Assembly: GCF_028368995.1 (NCBI RefSeq)
Contig: NZ_JAQNDL010000003.1
Coordinates: forward strand, 1,216,001 to 1,280,000
DNA: 64,000 bases
DNA from: Nannocystis bainbridge
GTDB lineage: Bacteria; Myxococcota_A; Polyangia; Nannocystales; Nannocystaceae
Direction: 5' to 3'
Shown: piece after piece, positions 41,052 through 50,036 of the stretch
How the letters are laid out: each line of letters opens with the position of its first letter
Numbering within the stretch: position 1 is the stretch's first letter
Made by a program: the position numbers and the translations under genes
Notes under the pieces: model-generated
What the model was told of the DNA's origin: nothing
What the model saw: the letters and a program-made list of their open reading frames with translations, nothing else
Database searches by the model: none

Positions 41052-42632
41052 ATGCGGACCTCGTTCAAATACGCTCACCTCTCCAACTCTGTCCTCCTCG
41101 GCGCGCTCGTCGGCCTGCTCGCCCCGTCGCTGGCGCAGGCGGCCACCCTGTCGGTCGGCGCCGGCAAGCAATACAAGACCGTCAAGGAGGCGGTCGCGGC
41201 GGCCAAGAGCGGCGACGTCATCGAGATCGATCCCGGCGAATACGTCGACGACATCTCGTCGATCAAGACCGGCGATCTGACGATCCGCGGCGTCGGCGAC
41301 TCCCGCCCGCACCTGCGCGCCACCGTCCCGCCGCCCAACAAGAAGGGCATCTTCGTCGTCGAGGCCGGCGTCGGCCCCGTCACCGTCGAGAACATCGAGT
41401 TCTCCGGCTCGAAGATCAGCCAGGGCGACGGCAACAACGGCGCCGGCATCCGCGCCCAGGGCACCGACCTCACCGTCCGCAACTGCTACTTCCACGACAA
41501 CCAGAACGGCATCCTCGCCGGCGACGGGGCGATGACCGTCGAATACTCCGAGTTCGCCTTCAACGGCGAGGCCGGCTACGAGCACAACATCTACATCGGC
41601 ACCGCGCCGAAGTTCGTGTTCCGCGGCAACTACTCGCACCACGTCAAGTCGGGCCACGCCGTCAAGTCGCGCGCGCTCGAGAACCACATCGTCTACAACC
41701 GCCTGATGGAGGAGGCCGACGGCAACGGCTCGGCGCTGATCGACCTGCCGCAGGGCGGCCTCTCGTACGTGATCGGCAACCTGATCCAGAAGGGCCCGAA
41801 GGCGGAGAACAAGAACCGCATCATCTTCTACAAGGGCGAGGGCGGCACCAACCCCGACCTGCGGCTGTTCGTCAGCCACAACACCTTCGTCAACGACGGC
41901 TCGCCCAACGCGGTGTTCGTCGACGCCCCGGCCGGCACCGAGGTCCACGTCCTCAACAACCTGTTCGTCGGCCCCGGCACCCCGATCAAGACCGGCGACC
42001 CCAACGCGATGGTCGTCGACCTCGGCAACCTGAAGCTCGACGACGCCGGCCTCGTCGACCGCTCCGGCTACGATTATCGCCTGCTGGACGGCGCGCCCGG
42101 GATCGACGCCGGCGAGGCCCTCGACGCCGCGCTGATCCCCGATTCGCAGTACCTGCACCCGAGCCAGACCGAGTCGCGCCCGGTCGTCGGCGCGCCGGAC
42201 GTCGGCGCCTACGAGTTCGGCGTCGACGAGGGCACCACCGGCGAGACGTCGACCGGCACCGATTCGACCGGCGACGATTCGACCGGCGACGATTCGACCG
42301 GCGGCGATCCGACCGGCGAGCCGGGCACCAGCTCCGAGGGCCCGACCACCGACGGCCCGACCACCGGCGGCCCGACCACGAATGACCCCACCACCGACGG
42401 CGCCACCAGCGACGGCGAGACCACCGCGGCCCCGAGCACCGAGGGCAGCATCGGCACGACCGACGCCACCGGCGGCGCCTCCGACACCGACCCCGGCACC
42501 GACACCGACACCGGCTCGGCCGGCGACGACGACGGCGGCTGCGGCTGCCGCAACGACGCCGGCGGCGGCCCCGGGGCCCTGCTGACGGTCCTCGCGGTCC
42601 TGGGCTTTACGGCCCGCCGCCGCCGTCGCTAG
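41052..42632 (+). CDS. Right-handed beta-helix protein with MYXO-CTERM anchor
   Basis: Signal AQA; NGAGIR, DNQNGIL, EHNIYIG, KSRA; PDVGAYE; GCGC + TM + RRRRR. Confidence 0.88.
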   Translation: MRTSFKYAHLSNSVLLGALVGLLAPSLAQAATLSVGAGKQYKTVKEAVAAAKSGDVIEIDPGEYVDDISSIKTGDLTIRGVGDSRPHLRATVPPPNKKGIFVVEAGVGPVTVENIEFSGSKISQGDGNNGAGIRAQGTDLTVRNCYFHDNQNGILAGDGAMTVEYSEFAFNGEAGYEHNIYIGTAPKFVFRGNYSHHVKSGHAVKSRALENHIVYNRLMEEADGNGSALIDLPQGGLSYVIGNLIQKGPKAENKNRIIFYKGEGGTNPDLRLFVSHNTFVNDGSPNAVFVDAPAGTEVHVLNNLFVGPGTPIKTGDPNAMVVDLGNLKLDDAGLVDRSGYDYRLLDGAPGIDAGEALDAALIPDSQYLHPSQTESRPVVGAPDVGAYEFGVDEGTTGETSTGTDSTGDDSTGDDSTGGDPTGEPGTSSEGPTTDGPTTGGPTTNDPTTDGATSDGETTAAPSTEGSIGTTDATGGASDTDPGTDTDTGSAGDDDGGCGCRNDAGGGPGALLTVLAVLGFTARRRRR

Positions 42633-42652
42633 CCTCGCCAGGCCCGAAGCCG

Positions 42653-42676
42653 GGCCCCCGGCGCGTACCGGGGGCC
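42653..42676. terminator. GC-rich hairpin between convergent genes
   Basis: GGCCCCCGG-cgcgta-CCGGGGGCC, a perfect 9-bp stem with no U-tract. Confidence 0.5.
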
Positions 42677-42851
42677 TGCGCTTCGAAGCCCCCGAGCTCG
42701 CGCGCATGGCCGCCACCCCGAACCGCCGACTGCTGCGCGCTCGGCTGGCGGCGCTCCGACGATTGCTGGCACCGCGAGATCGGCTCGTGCGCGGCGAGGC
42801 GGGCGGCGATCGCCCGCTTTCGAGCCCCGGGGCGTCGCCCCGACTCCGCGG

Positions 42852-44060
42852 CTACTCCTCGTCCTCGAGGCTCATGCGCACGTGCCTGCGCCCGTCGTCG
42901 ACCGGCGCGCTGGCCCGCGCCGCCAGGGCCTTGGCCGCGCCGTCGGGATCGCCGAGCAGCAGCACCGCCGAGCACGTGCCCGAGTGCGAGAACTTGGCCT
43001 TCTTGCGCAGCACGTAGGCCACGCACTCCTTCAACGGCTTCGGCGCCTTGCCGACCACCTTGGCCTGCAGCAGCTTGCCGTCCTCGAACTCCCACTTGAC
43101 CGCCAGCGCCGCGCCTTCCTTCGCGCACGAGTCGAGCGAGGGCTTGCCCTTCGCCACCCCCGCGACCACCTTCGCCAGCGCCGGCTCGCCCTGCGCGACC
43201 ATGCGGCACGCCAGGTCGCGCGTCTGCAGCCCGCCCGCGTCCAGCTCGGCCGCCTTGGTCGTCAGCTCGAGCTCGACCGGCTTGCCCCCCGACGCGCTCA
43301 GCTGCTTGGCCACGTGGCACGCGTCGTCGTTCTGCCACTCGCACGCCTTGGCGAAGTGCTGCTCGGCCCGCGCCACGTCGCGCCGGGTCCCGGTGCCGTC
43401 GTGGAACGCGATGCCGGCCTTGAAGCAGCCGTACGCGCTGTGACCGACGCACGCGTTGATGTACGCGTTCACCCCGCGCATCTTGGCGTCGGCCGAGCTC
43501 TGCGCGAACAGCAGGTCGCCGACCCCGGTGCAGCCGTCGATGTCGCCGAGCTTGCAGCCGCTCTGATACATCTCGATCGCCTGCGCCACGTCGGCCTCGA
43601 CCCCGCGGCCGGTGTGAAGCTGCTGGGCCGCCCGCGTACACGCCGCCGGCCGCCCGCCCGTGCACGCCTTGGTCGCGTACTCGAGCTCGATCTGCGGCGT
43701 GCCCGTGCCCTCGCGCGCCAGGTCCGAGCGGCGCTCGCACGCCTCCGGGTAGTCGTTCGCGCACGACTTCTCGTACACCTCCGCCGCCTTGACCAGGTCG
43801 ACCGGCCCGCCGCGCCCCGTCTGGTACAGCTCCGCCAGGCGGAAGCACTGGAACCCGTCGTTCTTCTCGCAAACCGCCGTCAACGGCTCGCGCGCGTTGT
43901 CGTAATCCTTGTAGAACATGGCCGCCTCGGCCTGCTCGACGCATTGCGCGCCGAAGCACGAGTCGTCGGCCGGAGCCGCCGAGGACGACTCCTTGTGACA
44001 GCCCGCCAGCGCGAGCGAGAGCATGGCGGCGAAACGAAAACAGCGACCCCTGCGGCGCAC
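42852..44060 (-). CDS. Sel1-like repeat lipoprotein
   Basis: LAGC lipobox; repeats C..L...Y..GRG...D...A...Y...C. Confidence 0.85.
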   Translation of the reverse strand: MRRRGRCFRFAAMLSLALAGCHKESSSAAPADDSCFGAQCVEQAEAAMFYKDYDNAREPLTAVCEKNDGFQCFRLAELYQTGRGGPVDLVKAAEVYEKSCANDYPEACERRSDLAREGTGTPQIELEYATKACTGGRPAACTRAAQQLHTGRGVEADVAQAIEMYQSGCKLGDIDGCTGVGDLLFAQSSADAKMRGVNAYINACVGHSAYGCFKAGIAFHDGTGTRRDVARAEQHFAKACEWQNDDACHVAKQLSASGGKPVELELTTKAAELDAGGLQTRDLACRMVAQGEPALAKVVAGVAKGKPSLDSCAKEGAALAVKWEFEDGKLLQAKVVGKAPKPLKECVAYVLRKKAKFSHSGTCSAVLLLGDPDGAAKALAARASAPVDDGRRHVRMSLEDEE

Positions 44061-44551
44061 CCCGCCATGAAAAGACCAGGTCCGCGGCCACGTCAACGAA
44101 AATCTGGCCGCGGGCCTTGTATGGCGCTCGGCGCCCTGCGGATACCGGCGACGCAGCGATGAATCTCTCTGCCCGCATATCGCACGTGCGCGTGCGCGTA
44201 CGCTCGCCGCGCCCTCGCGCGCAGGCTCGCCTCGCGCGGCTGCCCGGCGCGCGGAGCGTCGAGCTCGCCCGGCCATTCGTCCGGGGCTTGCGGCGATGAA
44301 AGCAAGCTCGGTCGCGCGACCCGCGATCCCCGGCGCGCAGCGACCTCACCCGGCGAGCGTCGTCGCATTCGCAGCAAGCGAATGTCCACACCCCGCGACC
44401 TCGGGGCCGGCGCGCGCAAGCGATGATGCGATCCCCGACGGCCCCGCGCACGACCTGGGGGCCCAGAACCTCAACCCGCCCTTGTGCCGTGAATCTCGCG
44501 CCAGAGCGCGAATGGGCGGCCCTGGGCGCGGACCGGCGTAGAATCGCGGCG

Positions 44552-45763
44552 ATGCAGCGGCTCACGACGATCGCAGTGGTGGTGACGGGGTTCGCCGTCG
44601 CGGCCTGTCCCGGCAATCAGGGCACGATGACGACCGACACCAGCGACCCGACCGGCGATCCGTCCGGCGGCACCGCCGTCGATCCGACCGGCACGAGCGC
44701 GACCGGCTCGACCACCGAAGGCGACCCGCCGACCACCGCCAGCGCCACCTCGTTGCCCGCCAGCGCCACCGACCCCGCGACCTCGACGACCACCACCGGC
44801 GAGCCCGGCACCACCACCGTCTTCACCACCGACGATTCGACGACCACCGTCAATCCCGGCACCACCACCACCACCACGACCACCACCGGCGAGCCTGCGT
44901 GCGGCGACCAGCCGCCGACCCCTGCCGGGCCCGACGTCGTGCTCGCGCCCGAGTTCGCCGGGCTCTACACCACCTACGAGCTCGGCCAGGTCCCCGGCAT
45001 CCCCGTCGATTCGCGCCTCGGCGGCTGCGTCATCTCCAACGAGGATCCCAACCTCCTGCTCGTCGCCGGCGACTCCGAGACCGCCACCGGCAAGGTGTGG
45101 GCGATCGAGGTCGTGCGCGGCGACTGCGACCACATCGTCGGCTTCAACGGCGTCGCCCAGGTCGTCGCCGACACCCCCTACGTCGACGCCAACCTCGCGC
45201 TCGTCGACTCCGGCCTGATGTTCTACACCGCCTGGCCGATCAACCAGATCGGTCAATTGCTGCCCGGCCAGATGGCCCCCGCCGTCACCACCGACATGGC
45301 CTCGCTCGGCGTCGTCAACTCGGTCAGCGGCCTCGGCTTCGTGCCCCCGGGCTTCGCCGACGCCGGCGGCATGCGCACGATCACCTGGCCCGGCGGCAAT
45401 TGGTATCACCTCGACCGCACCGCCAATGGCAACACCTTCACCCTCGCCAACGCCCAGCAGACCGCCACCCTGCAATTCGGCCCCGGCGGCTTCGCCTACG
45501 TGCCCAAGGGCTCGCCCGGGTTCGACGTCGACCACCTGATCGTCTCCGAGTGGTCGGCCGGGACTGTCGGCGTCTACCAGGTCGACGCCCAGGGCGACCC
45601 GCTGGCCGAGTCGCGCAAGGACTTCTACCTCGACTTCCCGAGCCCCTGGGGCGCCTATTTCGAGCCGCTCACCGGCGACTTCATGTTCCTGACCTGGGGC
45701 GCCGGGCAGGACCGGATCTACATCGTCCAGGGCTTCGAGGCCCCGCCGCCCATCCCGCAATGA
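44552..45763 (+). CDS. Thr-stalk lipoprotein with putative beta-propeller domain
   Basis: VAAC lipobox, Thr-rich stalk, beta-rich repeats. Confidence 0.75.
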   Translation: MQRLTTIAVVVTGFAVAACPGNQGTMTTDTSDPTGDPSGGTAVDPTGTSATGSTTEGDPPTTASATSLPASATDPATSTTTTGEPGTTTVFTTDDSTTTVNPGTTTTTTTTTGEPACGDQPPTPAGPDVVLAPEFAGLYTTYELGQVPGIPVDSRLGGCVISNEDPNLLLVAGDSETATGKVWAIEVVRGDCDHIVGFNGVAQVVADTPYVDANLALVDSGLMFYTAWPINQIGQLLPGQMAPAVTTDMASLGVVNSVSGLGFVPPGFADAGGMRTITWPGGNWYHLDRTANGNTFTLANAQQTATLQFGPGGFAYVPKGSPGFDVDHLIVSEWSAGTVGVYQVDAQGDPLAESRKDFYLDFPSPWGAYFEPLTGDFMFLTWGAGQDRIYIVQGFEAPPPIPQ

Positions 45764-45883
45764 CGGCACCGCCGCGCCGCTGCCACGATTGCCGCGGTCA
45801 CCTCCGCGCGCCCGGGCGCGGACCCGCGACTTGACGCCCCCGGCCCCGCTCGTCGCATCATGGCGACCAGGGGAAAAGCGTTC

Positions 45884-46558
45884 ATGAGTGATCGATACGG
45901 GAAGGTCGCGGGCGCCGCGGCGGCGCGGGGCTTCGACACCAACGTCGTGGTCGCCGCCGACGTGGCGCGCAAGTTCGTCGCCGACGGCTACAGGTTCTGC
46001 GTCCGTTACGTCAGCCACAGCGAGAGCGAGGGCGACAGCGACATCTCGCGCGCCGAGGTCGAGGCGATCCTCGGCGCCGGCCTGGCGCTGATGATCGTCC
46101 AGCACGTGCGCCGCTCCGGCTGGTCGCCGACCGCGGCGCTCGGCAGCAGCGACGGCGCGCTCGCAGTGCGCCACCTGCAGGAGATCGGCGCGCCGCCGCA
46201 GCTCACGGTGTGGACCGACGTCGAGGGCGTCGACCCCAGCGCGCCGGCCAACAACATCCTCACTTACGGCAACGCCTGGTACAAGGCCGTCGCCGCCGCC
46301 GGCTTCACGCCCGGCCTCTACGTCGGCCGCTTGCCGCTGACCAGCGCGCAGCTGTACCGCGGCCTCAAGTTCCGCAACTACTGGAAATCGGGCATCACCA
46401 CCGTCGAAGTCCAGACCCGCGGCTATCAGATGCTGCAGCTGCCGCCCGCCAACGACCTCGTGCACGGCATCCACATCGATCACGACGCGACCCAGCCCGA
46501 CGACCTCGGCGACCTGCCCACCTGGTGGGTCGGCCCCGGCGACCTGCCCGTCAGCTGA
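45884..46558 (+). CDS. DUF1906 / Rv2525c-like glycoside (peptidoglycan) hydrolase
   Basis: GFDT, GYRFCVRY, E...I..AGL.L, VWTDVE, GFTPGLY and W.S motifs. Confidence 0.8.
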   Translation: MSDRYGKVAGAAAARGFDTNVVVAADVARKFVADGYRFCVRYVSHSESEGDSDISRAEVEAILGAGLALMIVQHVRRSGWSPTAALGSSDGALAVRHLQEIGAPPQLTVWTDVEGVDPSAPANNILTYGNAWYKAVAAAGFTPGLYVGRLPLTSAQLYRGLKFRNYWKSGITTVEVQTRGYQMLQLPPANDLVHGIHIDHDATQPDDLGDLPTWWVGPGDLPVS

Positions 46559-46562
46559 GCGC

Positions 46563-47249
46563 TCACTCCTTGTCGGGCCGCAGCGGCGCCTCCACGCGCG
46601 CGTGCGGCCCCGTGCGCGCCGCCGGCGTGGTCCAGCCGAGGCGATGCGACACCACCCGCAGCAAGAACGTCACCGCGATCGCCAGCGCCGCCGCGCGCGG
46701 CGGCGGCAGCTCGAGCGCCACGGTGAGCCCGCAGAACAGCGAAGCGCCGGCGCCGGCGACCAGCGCGTAGTACTCGCCCGGCTTGAACAAGAACGGCTCC
46801 TCGCGCACCAGCACGTCGCGCAGCAGCCCGCCGCCGACGGCATTGATCACCCCGATGAAGCACGCCGCGCCGATCCCGAGCCCGATCGCCAGCGATTTCT
46901 GCACCCCGACCACCGCGTACGTGCCGAGCCCGATCGCGTCGACCACGAACAACATCCCGCGGATCCGGTCGAGCGCCGCCGCGAAGAAATAGCCGCACAC
47001 GCTGGCGATCAGCACCACCAGCAGATAGCGCCCGTCCTGCACGCACACCGGCGGCCCCTGCTGCAAGAACAGCCCGTCGCGCAGCAGCCCGCCGCCGACC
47101 CCGGTCGCCAGCGCCACCACGAACAATCCGACCGGGTCATAGCCGCGACGCGCGGCCAGCAGCGCGCCGCTGAGCCCGAACAGCAGCGTCGCGCCGAGGT
47201 CGAAGTAGAGCGGCAGCTGAAAGAACTCCTCCGGGTGGACGGCGACCAC
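46563..47249 (-). CDS. Trimeric intracellular cation channel (TRIC/UPF0126) family membrane protein
   Basis: Duplicated GVGGGLLRD / AVGGGLLRD motifs, DAIGL, multiple TMs. Confidence 0.92.
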   Translation of the reverse strand: MVAVHPEEFFQLPLYFDLGATLLFGLSGALLAARRGYDPVGLFVVALATGVGGGLLRDGLFLQQGPPVCVQDGRYLLVVLIASVCGYFFAAALDRIRGMLFVVDAIGLGTYAVVGVQKSLAIGLGIGAACFIGVINAVGGGLLRDVLVREEPFLFKPGEYYALVAGAGASLFCGLTVALELPPPRAAALAIAVTFLLRVVSHRLGWTTPAARTGPHARVEAPLRPDKE

Positions 47250-47515
47250 GCGCCGAGTTTAGCCCCCGCCAGGCGCGCGCGGATCTGCCGAACCCCCGCC
47301 GCTGCCAGCGGCCGCAGGACCCCCCGGGCGCCGCCCTCTCGCCGTCCTCGCCGCAGATCGTCCGCAGGCACGCGCGCCACGTCGAGGTCGGCCCGCGCCT
47401 GCAGCGAGCAGCCCCCGCGATCGCCGCGAATCGACCCGAAGCATCGGCGGCCGCGCCGCGCAGTGTGATCTGGTCGGCAACGCCGCGCGCGCCCGGCCTC
47501 TAGACTCCGCCGCCC

Positions 47516-48028
47516 ATGTCCACGCCCGACAAAATGTCCATGAGCGACCGCGTCATCATCGGCCTGCTGGCGTTCTTCCTCTGCATCGCCTTCTCGCTCG
47601 AGCTCTACTGGATCGTCTTCAACGACAGCCTGGTCGCTCGCGCCGACCACGAGCTGTTCGCTCGGCTGTTCCAGATCTACGGCGACGCCGACCGGGCGTA
47701 CTTCGACAAGGTCACGCCGATGGCGATCGGCCTCGAGCAGATCAACGTGTTCGTCACCCAGATCGTCAACGTCTGGCTGCTGTGGGCGATCGTCCAGCGC
47801 GTGTACTACCGCCACATCCTCCAGCTCGTGGTCGGCTCGTACCTCGCCTACTCGGTGGTGCTCTACTTCTGGGCCGCGCACGTCACCGGCTACCCGGACA
47901 TGCGGTACCAGTCGCCCTACACGTTCTTCCTGTTCTACGCGCCCAACCTGCCGTGGCTGCTCGGCTACGCCTACATGGCCTGGGACTCGATCCGCCAGCT
48001 CGGCGCGCGCCTGCGCCACGACGCCTGA
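47516..48028 (+). CDS. EXPERA / emopamil-binding-like membrane protein
   Basis: Four TMs, YGDADRAY (YxxxDxRY-like), E in TM2, N.PW near the C-terminus. Confidence 0.7.
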   Translation: MSTPDKMSMSDRVIIGLLAFFLCIAFSLELYWIVFNDSLVARADHELFARLFQIYGDADRAYFDKVTPMAIGLEQINVFVTQIVNVWLLWAIVQRVYYRHILQLVVGSYLAYSVVLYFWAAHVTGYPDMRYQSPYTFFLFYAPNLPWLLGYAYMAWDSIRQLGARLRHDA

Positions 48029-48110
48029 GCGCAGCGGCCCCGCCGGCTGGCGACTTCGCCCGCCGCGGCGCTCCCCGGCCGCGTGCTAACGTCGGCCGCG
48101 GAGCACCCGC

Positions 48111-48668
48111 GTGACCACGTTGAAGCCCTTCCGTTACGGCGCCAGCCGCGAGCTGGCGACCACGCCGATCTTCCGCCTGCAGGAGATCGAGGCCGAGCAC
48201 CCGCGCACCGGCAGCCTGCGGCCCTACGTCACCCTCGACACGCCCGATTGGGTCAACCTGATCGCGCTGACGCCGGAGCGGCAGCTGGTCCTGGTCCGTC
48301 AGTGGCGCCACGGCACCCGCCGCTTCGAGCTCGAGCTGCCGGCCGGCGCGATCGAGCCGGGCGAGACGCCCGAACAGGCGGCCGCGCGTGAGCTGCTCGA
48401 AGAGACAGGTTACTCCGCCGCCTCGATCGTCCGCCTCGGCGAGGTCGCCCCCAACGCCGCCTACCAGACCAACCGCTGCTTCACCGTGCTCGCCGAGGGC
48501 TGCCGCCGCACCGGCGAGACCGCCTTCGACGAGGGCGAGGACATCGAGGTCGTCCTCTGCGACCCCGCCGAGCTGCGCCCGCAGATCGGCGACACCGTGA
48601 TCAACTCGATGGTCATCTGCGGCCTCTATTGGTGGCTGTCGTACGAGGGCCGAGTCACCTGGCCCTGA
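48111..48668 (+). CDS. NUDIX hydrolase (ADP-ribose pyrophosphatase-like)
   Basis: [34 protein letters not shown] Nudix box. Confidence 0.92.
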   Translation: MTTLKPFRYGASRELATTPIFRLQEIEAEHPRTGSLRPYVTLDTPDWVNLIALTPERQLVLVRQWRHGTRRFELELPAGAIEPGETPEQAAARELLEETGYSAASIVRLGEVAPNAAYQTNRCFTVLAEGCRRTGETAFDEGEDIEVVLCDPAELRPQIGDTVINSMVICGLYWWLSYEGRVTWP

Positions 48669-48675
48669 GGACAGC

Positions 48676-49128
48676 TCAACGATCCAGCCCGGCTCGCCGC
48701 TCCTCCACCGCTCCACCCGTGCGCCGCCCCGCCCGCTCGCGCAGCGTCGCCAGCCCGGCCAGCACGCAGTCGAGGTCTTGCTCGGCCGTCCCGCCGCTGG
48801 CCCCGATCGCCCCGACGGCCCGGCCTGCCAGCACGATCGGCGACCCCGCCCCGATCGACACCACCCGCGGCAGCCGGGACCCACCGGCGGGCAGCGCCTC
48901 GCGCCTGGTCGGCGCCCCGAACAGCGCCGCGAAGGCCCTGCTCTGCGCCACCTCGGTGCTGACGAGCGGCGCCCCGGCCATGCGACACAGCGCCATCACC
49001 AGCCCGTTGGCGTCGACCACCGCCACCGAATGCGGCACCCCGAGCGAACGCGCCCGCTCGACCACGGCGAACACGATCGCCTGGGCCGTGAGGTGCGAGA
49101 CGCTGAACTTGACGTGACTCGATTTCAT
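48676..49128 (-). CDS. GlcG/HbpS family heme-binding protein
   Basis: SVAVVDANG, RMAGA..S..VA, GAIGASGGTAEQD; GGGAGG RBS. Confidence 0.85.
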   Translation of the reverse strand: MKSSHVKFSVSHLTAQAIVFAVVERARSLGVPHSVAVVDANGLVMALCRMAGAPLVSTEVAQSRAFAALFGAPTRREALPAGGSRLPRVVSIGAGSPIVLAGRAVGAIGASGGTAEQDLDCVLAGLATLRERAGRRTGGAVEERRAGLDR

Positions 49129-50036
49129 GGTGGTCCTCCCGCTGTGCCGCGCCATCGATTCGTAACGCCCATTCGCCGCATGTCCGCGACCGACCTGCCA
49201 AACGTCCCGGGCGACCTGCCGGCACACCGCCGACGCGATCGCCGAGCATCATACTCGCGTCGTGCGGGGCCGGCGCGGCCGTCGAAGCCGTCCTGAAGGC
49301 CCGCAACAGCGCGAGCGCGACCGGACCGCGGCGCCGCCGGGCTCGCGCCCGCGCCCCGGCGAATGCTTTGACTCGCCCTGCGTGGGTGCCCGCCGCCCGT
49401 GCCCACAACCGTCCGCGACGGTGACGCCTCGGCGCGTGTGGACCGACACGGGCGCACGCCAGCGGCTGCCAACGGATTCGCCGGCGACCCAGCCGCCTGA
49501 GCCGCACCGCAGATCTGCCTGCGCAGCCGCTTGCACGCCCGCCCCGGCGCGCCCGCGAGGCCCCGTTTCACCGCCCAACGACGTACTCACAGCATTCGCC
49601 GCCAATGCGAGCACCGCCGACCCGTCGCGCCGGGCGGGCGCGGGCCCCCACGCCCGACCCACACCGCCCGCATGTGCGCCGCGTGTGTCGCCTCATTCGT
49701 CGCACTGCGCCCCCATCAATCGCGCCACCCCACGGCCGAGCCCGCCGCCGCGGATTCGAGGTACGCCCAACCATTGTCGACACTGGACCCAGCTCCCCGC
49801 ACCGCCGGCCGCCCGGAGAGATCTGCCTCGACCGCGTCCTCCCCGTGACAGCCCAGCAAGCTTTTCGATGGACCGCGGACTGCTCTCGCGGACCTGCCCC
49901 GTCCTCGCACCCGCGTCTGGCTCCACGCCGACAGTCCTCGCGAACGCCTCGCTACCGCCGCGTATCACCGCCATGCTCCACGTGCCCACGATGCCCGGCG
50001 AACGGCGTCACCGCGCGCTGTGGTAGGGTCCGCCCG

